A stretch of 64,000 nucleotides of DNA from Gemmatimonadota bacterium (GTDB taxonomy: Bacteria > Gemmatimonadota > Gemmatimonadetes > Gemmatimonadales > GWC2-71-9), in the NCBI GenBank assembly GCA_039587315.1, contig JBDHIS010000005.1, forward strand, positions 36,965 to 100,964, read 5' to 3'. The position numbers and the translations under genes were made by a program. This document shows, piece after piece, positions 36,022-44,778 of this stretch. The notes below the pieces were generated by a model. It ran no database searches and was not told where the DNA came from. It saw nothing but the letters and a program-made list of their open reading frames with translations. Numbering within the stretch: position 1 is the first letter of the stretch; every line of letters starts with the position of its first letter.

Positions 36022-36933
36022 CTACCTGACGACGGGGTGGATCAATACCTCGTCGGCTCTGAACAGCGGAATGAGGACCCGGCCCCGTCTCGTGTCGAGG
36101 CCGATGTCGGCCGGGGACTCCACGCTGTCGACTTCCGTCGTGTAGAGCCCGCCGCCGCCGAGCCGATAGACTGCCCGGCCCTCCCAGCTGGATATCAGGA
36201 ACTCCCCCTCGGCCACTTTGACGACCCCGTCCAGCTGCCCTTCAGCCGGTGATGGCAGCCCGCTGATCGTCCCCGTCTCGCGCTGCACCAGGTGCACCCG
36301 TCCCGTCCCGAACGTGACGAACATGACGCGGCCCCCGTCCACGACGATCCCGTTGGGGCCACCCAGCGCTTCGCCGCTGACCAGCGCAACCAGCTCCCCT
36401 TCGCCGGTGGACTTGTACACGGCGTCCGTGCCCGATCGCGCGAAGCCGTCGGGTCCCGCGCGAAAGCCGCTGTCCGTGACGTACACGGTGCCGTCCGGGC
36501 CCACCGCCACATCGTTGAGGAACGTGGAGCCCGGAACCGGCCAGTTGCCGATCGGCTCACCCGTGGTGCGGTCGAACAGCCGCACCACGTCGATGTCAGC
36601 CACGAACAGCGTATCGCGCCTGAAGGCCATGCCCTTGGGCGCGTTGAGCGCTACGCCGTCGGCGGTGCCGTCGATCCACTTGAGCTCGGTGACGCTGCCG
36701 TCGGGCGCGAGCCGCGAGATGAACCCGTTGTCGTCCTTGGCGAGCGGCGAGCCATTGATGTTGGACACCAGGTAAACGTCCGCACGCCGGTCGTGTAGCA
36801 CCGACTCGGGTGTCGCAAACCCGACACCGGAGACCCTGATTGGGTCTCGACCGCCGCCCTCAGCACCCCCGCCGATGCAGGCAAAAGGGGCCAGTGTGAT
36901 GCCGATCACCGCAACAAAACGGGCCGTTCGCAT
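36022..36933 (-). CDS. Lipoprotein with NHL / SMP-30-like beta-propeller repeats
   Basis: Lipobox LAPFAC after MRTARFVAVIGIT. Repeated ...P.G.A....G.LYV.D... blades. Start chosen at the ATG with GGAGG 9 nt upstream. Confidence 0.6.
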   Translation of the reverse strand: MRTARFVAVIGITLAPFACIGGGAEGGGRDPIRVSGVGFATPESVLHDRRADVYLVSNINGSPLAKDDNGFISRLAPDGSVTELKWIDGTADGVALNAPKGMAFRRDTLFVADIDVVRLFDRTTGEPIGNWPVPGSTFLNDVAVGPDGTVYVTDSGFRAGPDGFARSGTDAVYKSTGEGELVALVSGEALGGPNGIVVDGGRVMFVTFGTGRVHLVQRETGTISGLPSPAEGQLDGVVKVAEGEFLISSWEGRAVYRLGGGGLYTTEVDSVESPADIGLDTRRGRVLIPLFRADEVLIHPVVR

Positions 36934-37039
36934 CCGTTGCATCCTCCATGCTTTTCTCAGATCGGGCCGCAAGATAGCTTGGAGTAAACGCGGCCGCTAG
37001 CATGCTGTGCGCCCTAGTACCCTGTCAGGGGAGGACTCT

Positions 37040-37441
37040 ATGAAGGTGATTCGACGCGCGCTGTGCTTCCTGGTGGTGCCGCTGGCGATCGGTGTTTTGG
37101 CTACGCCATTGGCAGCTCAGGAAATGCAGGAGATCACGGTCGAGGGAGCCATCGCGGTCGACGTGATGGATCTCGAGCCCGTGGAGCCGGGCACCACGTT
37201 CGGCTCGGACGTGGGAACCCTGTGGTGCTGGACCAAGGTAACCGGTGCCGAGGGAATGACGGTTGAGCACGTGTGGAGCTTCGGGGAGTACGAGTGGGTC
37301 GTGGCGCTGGACGTCGGCGGCTCACCCTGGCGCACCTACAGCTCCAAGAAGATCGTACCGGAGTGGACCGGCGAGTGGAAGGTCACCGTCCGCACCATGG
37401 ACGGACAGGTCCTGGAGGAGATGACCTTCACGGTGCAGTAG
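37040..37441 (+). CDS. Secreted DUF2914-like protein
   Basis: Signal peptide MKVIRRALCFLVVPLAIGVLATPLAAQ. HVWSF...WRTYSSKKI...GEWKVTV pattern as in DUF2914. GGGGAGG SD. Confidence 0.55.
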   Translation: MKVIRRALCFLVVPLAIGVLATPLAAQEMQEITVEGAIAVDVMDLEPVEPGTTFGSDVGTLWCWTKVTGAEGMTVEHVWSFGEYEWVVALDVGGSPWRTYSSKKIVPEWTGEWKVTVRTMDGQVLEEMTFTVQ

Positions 37442-37463
37442 TTGCCTGAACGCGGATAGGAGG

Positions 37464-37497
37464 CGGGGAGCCCTGGCATGGCCCGGGCTCCCCGTTT
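37464..37497 (+). terminator. Rho-independent terminator between convergent genes
   Basis: Perfect 10-bp stem CGGGGAGCCC (37464..37473) / GGGCTCCCCG (37485..37494) followed by TTT. Confidence 0.6.
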
Positions 37498-37535
37498 GCG
37501 TCCCGGCTTGGGACGCGCTCGAATCTCTCCCGGCG

Positions 37536-38258
37536 TTACCCCGCCAAACCCGCGAAGGCGGTCGCCAGGCCGGCGAACAACAGGTTCACCGTCACCCAGA
37601 GGCCTCCCACTACCATCAGCGGGCCGCCCAGGCTCTTGGAGCCACTCTTGATCTGGTTCCCGAGCGCGAGCAGCACCATGTTCCACGCGCCGAAGAGAGT
37701 GAACTGTGTGCCCAGGTTGCTCAGGAACGGGCTGGCTTCCGCGTCGAACAGGAACCCCAGCGAGAGCGTCAGCTCCTCGAACCCGGCGAACCGGGTCAAC
37801 AACACGATCAGGATGAAGCCCAACAGCTGGGGCATGAAGGCGTGGGCGACGATCGCGAACTCCGCCTTGAACTTGATGGACTCGGTGCCCATCGCACCGA
37901 ACACCAGCATCAGAACCGCCGCGACGACCACGAACGCGATCAGGTAGAACACGATCTGGCCGGCGCCGAAGATGGCGCGGCTTTGCGGGCTCGCGGCCCG
38001 TTCCACCCGGTCCTCCACCATCTCGTCCGTTATCCGGTCCGGCGAGCGCTGCTGGGCAGACTCCATCTGCTGCCGCGTCATCTCCTGGATCGGCTCTGCC
38101 GGCGTACCGAATGCCATGATCAGAGTCACGACGACCAGGAGCACCATCGGCACCCACGAAGTGGGGCGCGTACTCAACTGCCGGAACACGCCCACAGGCT
38201 CATCGATCACCCGAAGTGCCAGCTTCCACGGACCCCACTGCTGCTCGGCGTTATTCAC
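37536..38258 (-). CDS. Yip1-domain membrane protein
   Basis: 240 aa; N-terminal ...VIDEPVGVFRQLSTRPTSW then 5 TM helices, the layout of bacterial Yip1/YIPF-domain proteins. Confidence 0.55.
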   Translation of the reverse strand: MNNAEQQWGPWKLALRVIDEPVGVFRQLSTRPTSWVPMVLLVVVTLIMAFGTPAEPIQEMTRQQMESAQQRSPDRITDEMVEDRVERAASPQSRAIFGAGQIVFYLIAFVVVAAVLMLVFGAMGTESIKFKAEFAIVAHAFMPQLLGFILIVLLTRFAGFEELTLSLGFLFDAEASPFLSNLGTQFTLFGAWNMVLLALGNQIKSGSKSLGGPLMVVGGLWVTVNLLFAGLATAFAGLAG

Positions 38259-38271
38259 TTTGTGTTCCTCC

Positions 38272-39258
38272 CTAGCAGGCCACCCCGGCCGCGTAGGGAC
38301 CGCGGATGGAGCGGCTCACGACGCGAACCCGGGTGACGACCCAATCGAGAGTCGGATCTCCCCTCCCTACAACTGCGTACCGGTTGTCGCCGTCCAGTAG
38401 CACGCCTATCGCGCGGGGCTGCAGGTCGACGAGCACGTCGAGGCAGCCGTTCGGAGGCCGGACCTCGGCGCGAAGCCTACGGACGGGCCGCTCCTCGAGC
38501 GATGGATACACGAAGTAGCGCCCTACGGACTCGGGCTCGTTCATCACTCCCGTGGGCACGGCCTCGGGCGTTCCCAACAAAGCGAGGGTGCCACGCGCGT
38601 TCTGCTCCGGCACTCCCACTCGCAGGCCTTGCCAGCTTCGGTTGGGAACGCCGAACGTGATTGCGTAGACCACCTGATTCAGGGCGTCGACCTGTAGCTC
38701 GGCGCCGAAGGCATATCGGGTGAGACGCTGGTCGTCGGGGTGCGGACTCGGCGCCTGGGTACCCAGGACTGCGAACACCATGTTGGTAGGTGTGCCGGGA
38801 TTGAATGGGAGCGGCCGGATCTCCACCGGCTCCACCTCGGCCGGGTGTGACTGGCGCACGAACCTCGGGCCCGAGGTGAAGAACAGGATCGCGGCAAGAA
38901 CCAGAACGGCCACTGCTCCAACACCCATCCAGCGCCGCCCGGCCAGCACCTCGCGAATGAGCCCCGGCGGTTTCTCTTCGACTGTCTCAAACAGAGCCGG
39001 CAGCGGAGTGACCGGTGGTCGCTCGGGCATCGCCATGCCCGGTGCCGGTCTCGGAGTGGGGGTCCGGGCAGGGGTGGGAGTGGCTTGCGGCTTCGGCGCC
39101 TTCTGCTCCGGTGCGGGCCGCGTCCGCGACCGGCGCGCCAGCTCCTTCATTATGTTCGCCTGTCCGCCCTCCTCCTCTTCGGAGGCGCACGCCGGACAAC
39201 CACGAGGGTTCTCATCGTTGTACGGAATCTGGTGCTTGGGGCAACGGACTAGCGCCAT
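38272..39258 (-). CDS. Hypothetical: N-terminal zinc ribbon, Pro-rich linker, single TM, extracytoplasmic domain
   Basis: MALVRCPKHQIPYNDENPRGCPAC (C-x2-H...C-x2-C), P/T-rich spacer, TM WMGVGAVAVLVLAAILFFT, ~190-aa C-terminal domain of unknown fold. Confidence 0.6.
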   Translation of the reverse strand: MALVRCPKHQIPYNDENPRGCPACASEEEEGGQANIMKELARRSRTRPAPEQKAPKPQATPTPARTPTPRPAPGMAMPERPPVTPLPALFETVEEKPPGLIREVLAGRRWMGVGAVAVLVLAAILFFTSGPRFVRQSHPAEVEPVEIRPLPFNPGTPTNMVFAVLGTQAPSPHPDDQRLTRYAFGAELQVDALNQVVYAITFGVPNRSWQGLRVGVPEQNARGTLALLGTPEAVPTGVMNEPESVGRYFVYPSLEERPVRRLRAEVRPPNGCLDVLVDLQPRAIGVLLDGDNRYAVVGRGDPTLDWVVTRVRVVSRSIRGPYAAGVAC

Positions 39259-39268
39259 GGTCGGTTCG

Positions 39269-39829
39269 TCAGATCTTGGGCAGGGTCACGCCGCGCTGCG
39301 CCTGGTACTTCCCCTTGCGGTCGGCGTAGGAGACGTCGCACTGGTCGTGCTCGTCGGCCTCGAAGAACAGGACCTGCGCGATGCCCTCGTTGGCGTAGAT
39401 CCTAGCAGGCAGCGGAGTCGTGTTCGATATCTCCAGGGTCACATGTCCTTCCCACTCGGGTTCAAACGGGGTGACATTCGTGATGATCCCGCATCTGGCG
39501 TACGTGCTCTTCCCAACGCATAGGGTGAGCACGCTCCGTGGAATACGAAAATACTCCACTGATCGGGCGAGCGCGAACGAATTGGGCGGAATAAGGCACA
39601 CGTCACCCTCGTAGTCGACCAGCGAGAGCGGGTCGAAGTTCTTGGGGTCCACCACCGGCGAATGCACGTTGGTGAAGATCCGAAACTCCCGGCCCACCCG
39701 CATGTCGTAGCCGTACGAAGAGACCCCGTAGCTGATCACGCCCTCGCGCACCTGCGACTCACCGAACGGCTCGATCATCCCATGCTCCTTGGCCATTCGG
39801 CGGATCCACCGGTCAGACTTGATCGACAT
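39269..39829 (-). CDS. dcd: dCTP deaminase
   Basis: [13 protein letters not shown]...[38 protein letters not shown]. Start trimmed to MSIKSD. Confidence 0.9.
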   Translation of the reverse strand: MSIKSDRWIRRMAKEHGMIEPFGESQVREGVISYGVSSYGYDMRVGREFRIFTNVHSPVVDPKNFDPLSLVDYEGDVCLIPPNSFALARSVEYFRIPRSVLTLCVGKSTYARCGIITNVTPFEPEWEGHVTLEISNTTPLPARIYANEGIAQVLFFEADEHDQCDVSYADRKGKYQAQRGVTLPKI

Positions 39830-39938
39830 GACCTTCCTTGGTAGCGGTTGCGAACGGGGTCCGGCGTACACCTGGGCGACCCGAAGTGGGGTGAGGGAAA
39901 GATACGTAAGCGCCGCTGCCGCGCCACCTTAGGTTTGC

Positions 39939-39968
39939 TTGACACTGCTCCGGAACCCTAGGTAACTT
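39939..39968 (+). promoter_or_regulatory. Candidate sigma-70-type promoter of the nuo operon
   Basis: TTGACA at 39939..39944 followed by TAGGTAACTT (39959..39968), ~55 nt upstream of the nuoA GTG. Spacer and -10 assignment ambiguous. Confidence 0.3.
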
Positions 39969-40022
39969 CCGCCGCGTAAACCGACGGACGTGAACGGGAT
40001 TCCTTGGGAGAGGCAATAGTCG

Positions 40023-40379
40023 GTGCTACAGGAATACGTACCCCTCCTTCTACTCCTTGCCTTCGTGGTCGTGACGGCGGCGGGGATCATCATCCTGTCC
40101 CACTTGTACCCCGGGGCGAGCGCCACACCAATCAAGCTGACCCCCTACGAGTCGGGCATACCCCCGCTGGGTGACACGCGTAGTCGGTTCAGCGTCAAGT
40201 TCTATCTGGTTGCGGTGCTGTTCATCGTCTTCGACATCGAGACGGTCTTCATGATTCCCTGGGGGGTGGCCTACCGGCAGCTGGGGCTGTTCGGCCTCAT
40301 CGAGATGTTCGTGTTCGTGCTGGTACTGCTGGTGGGCTTCATTTACGCCTGGAAACGGGGGGCGCTCGAATGGAGCTGA
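40023..40379 (+). CDS. nuoA: NADH-quinone oxidoreductase subunit A
   Basis: 118 aa, 3 [12 protein letters not shown] motif. GTG start with GGAGAGG SD. Confidence 0.9.
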   Translation: MLQEYVPLLLLLAFVVVTAAGIIILSHLYPGASATPIKLTPYESGIPPLGDTRSRFSVKFYLVAVLFIVFDIETVFMIPWGVAYRQLGLFGLIEMFVFVLVLLVGFIYAWKRGALEWS

Positions 40380-40990
40380 ACCCGAGTCCCGAACAGCCTT
40401 CGGGAAAGCTGGTCTCGCAGGTCTCACCGAACTGGGTGACCACGCGGCTCGACTTTCTCATCAACTGGTCGCGGGCGAACAGCCTGTGGCCGATGCCGTT
40501 CGGAACGGCCTGCTGCGCGATCGAGTTCATGGCGGTGGCGGCCAGCCGGTTCGACATCTCGCGCTTCGGCATGGAGCGCCTCGGCTACACGCCGCGGCAG
40601 GCGGACGTGCTGCTGTGCGCCGGGCGGCTCCCCTTCAAGCTCGCGCCGGTGATTCGCCGCATCTACGACCAGATGCCGCAACCCAAGTGGGTCATCTCGA
40701 TGGGCGCCTGTGCGTCCACCGGAGGGATCTTCGATACCTACTCCATGGTGCAGGGCATAGACACCGTAGTTCCCGTTGACGTCTACGTGCCGGGGTGCCC
40801 GCCGCGTCCCGAGGGGCTGCTGTACGGAATCCTGATGCTGCACAAGAAGATCAAGGGCGAGACGCTGGCCGACCCGGAACTGCGGGTCGAGCGGCCACTG
40901 GAGCCCGGGGGGCTACGGATCCCGCCGCGGCTGGTCGACGAGCTCTCCGAGCCGTTCGGCAACTCCGTCCATCAGACGCGCTCAGCGTAG
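40370..40990 (+). CDS. nuoB: NADH-quinone oxidoreductase subunit B
   Basis: N2 cluster ligands [27 protein letters not shown]. Confidence 0.95.
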   Translation: MELNPSPEQPSGKLVSQVSPNWVTTRLDFLINWSRANSLWPMPFGTACCAIEFMAVAASRFDISRFGMERLGYTPRQADVLLCAGRLPFKLAPVIRRIYDQMPQPKWVISMGACASTGGIFDTYSMVQGIDTVVPVDVYVPGCPPRPEGLLYGILMLHKKIKGETLADPELRVERPLEPGGLRIPPRLVDELSEPFGNSVHQTRSA

Positions 40991-40996
40991 GCCCAG

Positions 40997-41629
40997 GTGA
41001 ACCCCTCAGTAGAGTCACTGCGGCGCGCCTTCGGCGACAAGATCGGGCGCGCGACCGTTTCGTGCGGTCAGACCATCGTATATGTCGATCCCGGCTCTGT
41101 CCGGGAGGTTCTCCAGTGGTTGAAGGAGACCCCCGGCGAGGAATACAACTACCTGGTGGACGTGACGGCCGTCGAGTACCGCGACCCGGAGCCGCCGCTG
41201 GAGGTCGTCTACGAGCTGCGCTCGCTCGAGCGACGTGTGGACCTCAGGGTGAAGGCCGCGCTGCCCAAGGACCAACCGCTCGAGATCGACTCCGCCGTCC
41301 CCGTGTGGAACGCCGCCAATTGGCTCGAGCGTGAGACCTACGACATGTTCGGGATCACGTTCCGCGGCCACCCGGACCTCAGGCGCCTGCTGATGTGGGA
41401 CACCTACGCCGAGGGGTATCCGCTGCGGAAGGACTTCCCGCTCAGGGGCCGGTTCTCGCGTGCGGAGCAGGTGCGGCGTGCACTGCACGCGAATCCAGAG
41501 GCCAACTACTCCTTGGACGAGCTTTCCACCGCCCAGGCCTACCATGATCTTCCCGCCGACATGCGAGAGCGGCTCGAGCGGGGCGAGCGTGGCTCGATCC
41601 CCGATCTACCGGACGGCGAAGATGGGTGA
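40997..41629 (+). CDS. nuoC: NADH-quinone oxidoreductase subunit C
   Basis: 30-kDa subunit block WLERETYDMFGITFRGHPDLRRLL. Confidence 0.9.
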   Translation: MNPSVESLRRAFGDKIGRATVSCGQTIVYVDPGSVREVLQWLKETPGEEYNYLVDVTAVEYRDPEPPLEVVYELRSLERRVDLRVKAALPKDQPLEIDSAVPVWNAANWLERETYDMFGITFRGHPDLRRLLMWDTYAEGYPLRKDFPLRGRFSRAEQVRRALHANPEANYSLDELSTAQAYHDLPADMRERLERGERGSIPDLPDGEDG

Positions 41630-42908
41630 GAAGCGGACGATTGAACTGGATGTAGCGACGACGGGGGTCGACGCCGAGGGCCGACCGGCTCGGATCCCGG
41701 TCGGGGTTGGTGCGCTCGAGGGCGACGCTGAGCCCGACTTCCGCGCCGACAACATGTTGATCAACATCGGGCCGCAGCATCCCGCGACTCACGGCGTGCT
41801 GCGTCTGGTCGTGGAGCTCGACGGCGAGGTGGTCAAGCGGGTGATACCCCACATCGGCTACCTGCACTCGGGCTTCGAGAAGCTGGGCGAGTACCGCCAT
41901 TACAATCAGATCATCCCCCTGACGGACCGCACCGACTACCTGGCTCCCATGGCCAACAACGTGGGGCTCGCGCTCGCGGCCGAGCAGCTCATGGGAATCG
42001 AGATCACGGAACGGTGCAAGGTGCTCCGCGTCATCGCCTGCGAGATCAGCCGGATCATCTCGCACATCGTTTGGCTGGGCACCACCGCGGTCGATATCGG
42101 GGCGTTCACTCCGTTCCTGTGGACGTTCCAGGAGCGCGAGAAGTACTACGATCTGCAGGAGGCGTGGACCGGATCGCGGCTCACCACGACCCTCACGCGG
42201 GTCGGGGGGCTGATGGCCGACATCCCCGAGGGTTTTGAGGACGGTCTGCGCGCCGCCAACCGCAGCATCCTCAGCTCTCTCGATGAGGTGGACCGCCTGC
42301 TTGCGCGGAATGCGATCTGGTGCGCACGGATTCAGGACGTTGGGTACATCTCGGGCGAGGACGCGATCAACTACGGCCTCTCGGGTCCGATGCTGCGCTC
42401 GAGCGGTGTCGCTTACGACGTTCGCAGGGACAAGCCCTATCTCGACTACGAGACCTACGATTTCGACATCCCCATTGGGGAGCACTGCGACATATACGAC
42501 CGCTACCTCGTCCGAATGGAGGAGATGCGACAGTCGGTGCGCATTCTCGAGCAGGCGCTCGAGCGGCTGCCCGACGGTCCGATCAATGCTTCGGACCCGC
42601 GCGTGATCCTGCCGCCCAAGAGCGCGGCCATGTCCGACATGGAAGCGATGATCTTCCACTTCAAACAGGTCATGGAGGGCGTGCCGGCGCCCGTGGGCGA
42701 GGTCTACTTCCCGATCGAGAACGGGAAGGGCGAGCTGGGCTACTACCTCGTGTCCGACGGCACGGCCAAGCCGGTCCGCTGGCGTATTCGGCCGCCGTCG
42801 CTGATCAACCTGGCGGCGCTGCCGAAGATGGCGGAGGGGCTCCTGCTGGCGGACCTCATCGCTATCAATGCCAGCGTGGACATCGTGTTGGGAGAGATCG
42901 ACCGCTAG
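41622..42908 (+). CDS. nuoD: NADH-quinone oxidoreductase subunit D
   Basis: NIGPQHPATHGVLRLVVELDGE, C-terminal LGEIDR. Start trimmed to MGEKRT (overlaps the nuoC end). Confidence 0.95.
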   Translation: MGEKRTIELDVATTGVDAEGRPARIPVGVGALEGDAEPDFRADNMLINIGPQHPATHGVLRLVVELDGEVVKRVIPHIGYLHSGFEKLGEYRHYNQIIPLTDRTDYLAPMANNVGLALAAEQLMGIEITERCKVLRVIACEISRIISHIVWLGTTAVDIGAFTPFLWTFQEREKYYDLQEAWTGSRLTTTLTRVGGLMADIPEGFEDGLRAANRSILSSLDEVDRLLARNAIWCARIQDVGYISGEDAINYGLSGPMLRSSGVAYDVRRDKPYLDYETYDFDIPIGEHCDIYDRYLVRMEEMRQSVRILEQALERLPDGPINASDPRVILPPKSAAMSDMEAMIFHFKQVMEGVPAPVGEVYFPIENGKGELGYYLVSDGTAKPVRWRIRPPSLINLAALPKMAEGLLLADLIAINASVDIVLGEIDR

Positions 42909-42936
42909 GGGCTGACCCCCTGGCTGACGGTGACTG

Positions 42937-43431
42937 ATGCACGAGACGACGACCTACGAACCCGTGTTGACCGGCGAGCGCCGGGAGAAGCTGGAAGAGC
43001 TGCTCCAGCGCTACGAGACCAGGCGGGCGGGCCTGCTTCCCGCCCTCTGGATCGTGCAGCAGGCGCACGGCTGGATTCCGGACGATGCGATGGCGGAGGT
43101 GGCGGAGGTGCTGGATCTCACGCCGGCCTACGTGAAGGGCGTCGTGACGTTCTACACCATGTACCATCAGCACCCGGTAGGGGAGCACTTCATCCAGGTC
43201 TGCACGACGACCTGCTGCAACGTCGTTGGGGCGGAAGCCGTCGTCGAGGCGCTTCTGGAGCAGACGGGGTGCAAGGAGCTCGGAGCGACATCGCCGGACG
43301 GGAAGTACACGGTCATCGAGGTGGAGTGTCTCGGGGCATGTGGCTTCCCCACGCCGGTGATGGTCAACGACGACTTCATCGAGAGCGTGACGCCGGAGTC
43401 GGTGTCGGAGCTCCTCGAGAGGTACAAGTGA
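42937..43431 (+). CDS. nuoE: NADH-quinone oxidoreductase subunit E
   Basis: 24-kDa subunit 2Fe-2S ligands CTTTCC...ECLGACG. Confidence 0.9.
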   Translation: MHETTTYEPVLTGERREKLEELLQRYETRRAGLLPALWIVQQAHGWIPDDAMAEVAEVLDLTPAYVKGVVTFYTMYHQHPVGEHFIQVCTTTCCNVVGAEAVVEALLEQTGCKELGATSPDGKYTVIEVECLGACGFPTPVMVNDDFIESVTPESVSELLERYK

Positions 43432-43468
43432 GCGCGGGCCGCCGGGGTGTGGCGGGGCAGGGGGCATA

Positions 43469-44773
43469 ATGGGTTATCCACACAAGCCGCATCCCAGGGA
43501 GACCCTGGTCCTCAGCGAGTACTTCGGCGATGCCGACGCGCGCAGCTACGACGGCTGGGTGAAGCGCGGCGGTTACAAGGCGCTGGAGAAGGCGCTCGCG
43601 ATGGATCCGGCCGCGGTCATCGACGAGGTGAAGGAGTCCGGTCTGCGCGGCCGCGGCGGCGCCGGCTTCCCGGCGGGGGTCAAGTGGGGTTTCATGCCCA
43701 AGGAGAAGAAGGGCCCCCACTACCTCTGCGTGAACGCCGACGAGTCGGAGCCGGGGACGTTCAAGGACCGCGAGATCATGCGGTGGACTCCCCATGCGCT
43801 GATCGAGGGCGCCGCCATCACGGCGCACGCCATTCAGGCCGAAACGACCTACGTCTACATACGCGGAGAGTTCACCGAACCGATCGCCGTCATGCAGCAG
43901 GCGTTCGACGAGGCGTACGACAAGGGGGTGCTGGGCAAGAACGCGATGGGCTCGGGCAAGCGCATAGACATGTACGTCCATCGCGGCGCCGGCGCGTACA
44001 TCTGCGGCGAAGAGACCGCGTTGATGAACTCGATCGAGGGCAAGCGCGGCAACCCGCGTATCAGGCCACCGTTTCCGGCGGCGTACGGCGTGTTCGGGCG
44101 GCCCACCACGATCAACAACGTCGAGACGCTCACCTCGGTGTTGCACATCATCAACCAGGGTTCCCAGTGGTACAAGGGCCTCAGCCTGTCGAATCCCAGG
44201 AGCACGGGAACCAAGCTGCTCAGTGTGTGTGGCCAGGTTAACAAGCCTGGGAACTACGAGGTCGAGATGGGCTTCCCGCTGAAGGACCTCATCTACGATC
44301 TGTGCGGCGGGGTCCACAGCGGCACCCTCAAGTCGGTCGTGCCGGGCGGCTGTTCGGTACCGTATCTCACCAGGGAAGAGTCGGAGGCCTGCCTGCTCGA
44401 CTACGAGGGGTGCGTCGAAGTCGGCACCATGCTCGGGTCCGGCGGCGTGATCGTGTTCGACGATACGGCGGACATGGTCTACCAGACCATGCGGACCTGC
44501 CGTTTCTACGCGCACGAGTCCTGCGCCCAGTGTACGCAGTGCCGCGAGGGAACCGGCTGGACGGTACGCATCCTCGAGAGGATCCTCGCCGGTGATGGCG
44601 AGATGAAGGATCTGGATCTGCTGATGGATCTGGGCGAGCAGATGACGGGCAAGACCATCTGCGTGCTCAGCGATTCCTGTGCGGCGGTCGCGATGAGCGC
44701 GGTCACGAAGTTCCGAACCGAGTTCGAGGCCTACATCAAGGGCGCGCGGCGTCCGATGTTGGCCGCGGTGTAG
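43469..44773 (+). CDS. nuoF: NADH-quinone oxidoreductase subunit F
   Basis: GLRGRGGAGFPAGVKW, NADESEPGTFKDR, ESCAQCTQCREG. Confidence 0.95.
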   Translation: MGYPHKPHPRETLVLSEYFGDADARSYDGWVKRGGYKALEKALAMDPAAVIDEVKESGLRGRGGAGFPAGVKWGFMPKEKKGPHYLCVNADESEPGTFKDREIMRWTPHALIEGAAITAHAIQAETTYVYIRGEFTEPIAVMQQAFDEAYDKGVLGKNAMGSGKRIDMYVHRGAGAYICGEETALMNSIEGKRGNPRIRPPFPAAYGVFGRPTTINNVETLTSVLHIINQGSQWYKGLSLSNPRSTGTKLLSVCGQVNKPGNYEVEMGFPLKDLIYDLCGGVHSGTLKSVVPGGCSVPYLTREESEACLLDYEGCVEVGTMLGSGGVIVFDDTADMVYQTMRTCRFYAHESCAQCTQCREGTGWTVRILERILAGDGEMKDLDLLMDLGEQMTGKTICVLSDSCAAVAMSAVTKFRTEFEAYIKGARRPMLAAV

Positions 44774-44778
44774 AGGAT

